From Alphaproteobacteria bacterium (lineage in GTDB: Bacteria; Pseudomonadota; Alphaproteobacteria; Rs-D84): 32,000 nucleotides of DNA. The position numbers and the translations under genes were made by a program. The stretch covers positions 360,001 through 392,000 of the forward strand of contig JAFVFD010000005.1 of NCBI GenBank assembly GCA_017475605.1, in the 5' to 3' direction. Positions within the stretch are counted from its first letter, which is position 1. The number at the start of each line of letters is the position of its first letter. The notes under the pieces were generated by a model that was given only the letters and a program-made list of their open reading frames with translations, was not told the DNA's origin and did not search any database. Of this stretch, positions 31,528 through 32,000 are shown piece by piece.

Positions 31528-32000
31528 ACCTTCGATATATAACCTGTTCTGATCCGCGTGAATTTAATGATATTCATGATATTGTAAAATTGGGACAAAT
31601 GTCGTCACGTGTCGAAATCGCGGTCCAGGCACATCCGTCAAAAATGTCGCCGGGTATGCCACGCAACGAATGGTTCCACGATTTACTAGATTATGTTATG
31701 ATGGATAAATATAAAATAAGACTGGCATTACATGTTAATCGTGAATGGTGTGATGCAATTTGTCGTACCGGGCAAATACCAAAAGAATTGACAGAGTTTT
31801 TTGATTTACACCGTAATGGCAATATTTATAATTCTGTTGTTAAGCGGTGGCAATTGAACATCCCGGCGGAAACAGTGCCATATGTGAATATACCGGCGTT
31901 AAGCAGATTTATTGATGAAAACCCGGAAAAGTATTTTATATTACAATATAACCCCAGGACCGAAAAAGTGGTGAACGAATTATACAAGTCTGGGGCGCGC
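31524..32000 (+). CDS. Hypothetical protein (N-terminal 159 codons; continues past the window end)
   Basis: The ATG at 31524 overlaps the rlmN stop (ATGA). Hand translation (MNLRYITCSDPREFNDIHDIVKLGQMSSRVEIAVQAHPSK...ALHVNREWCDAICRTG...) stays open to position 32000. It is missing from the ORF track because no stop lies in the window. Confidence 0.6.
   Translation, partial: MNLRYITCSDPREFNDIHDIVKLGQMSSRVEIAVQAHPSKMSPGMPRNEWFHDLLDYVMMDKYKIRLALHVNREWCDAICRTGQIPKELTEFFDLHRNGNIYNSVVKRWQLNIPAETVPYVNIPALSRFIDENPEKYFILQYNPRTEKVVNELYKSGAR

Noticed and set aside
1-32000. CRISPR arrays, IS elements or transposases, integrases, prophage genes, rRNA
   Set aside because: No regularly spaced direct repeats, no terminal inverted repeats flanking a transposase-like ORF, and no recombinase-like ORF were seen on either strand. 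tRNA-Cys has no adjacent integrase or duplicated 3' tRNA fragment that I could find.

Overview
The window looks like a core chromosomal region of a moderately AT-rich, compact genome. The protein sequences look alphaproteobacterial (alpha-type SspB, PNPase, lptD-surA block), but this is not BLAST-verified. Nearly all of it is tightly packed housekeeping genes. In order: a TolC/HlyD/ABC efflux operon, tRNA-Cys, recF, sspB, gpsA, a TPR protein, rsmG-parA-parB with two parS-like palindromes, pal, a family-4-like UDG, infC with an apparent AUU start, der, a Yip1-like membrane protein, pnp, ybaB, xseB, mutS, truB-rpsO, infB-nusA, lptF/G-lptD-surA-like, rlmN and a truncated unknown ORF. I found no CRISPR array, IS element, integrase or rRNA. 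The most unusual signal is a pair of apparently paralogous structured leader RNAs of about 185-190 nt (5246..5430 on + and 21034..20843 on -). Each has a near-consensus promoter, a multi-helix fold, mutually exclusive sequestor, antiterminator and terminator pairings, and an almost identical terminator module. Each sits directly upstream of a visibly AT-richer orphan gene: a small secreted or lipoprotein-like protein, and a 201-aa P-loop NTPase wedged between mutS and truB. I could not match either leader to a known riboswitch or sRNA class by eye. Other observations are a near-identical palindromic bidirectional terminator at three convergent gene junctions, several probable leaderless mRNAs, and fragmentation of the nusA-infB-truB-rpsO-pnp superoperon.
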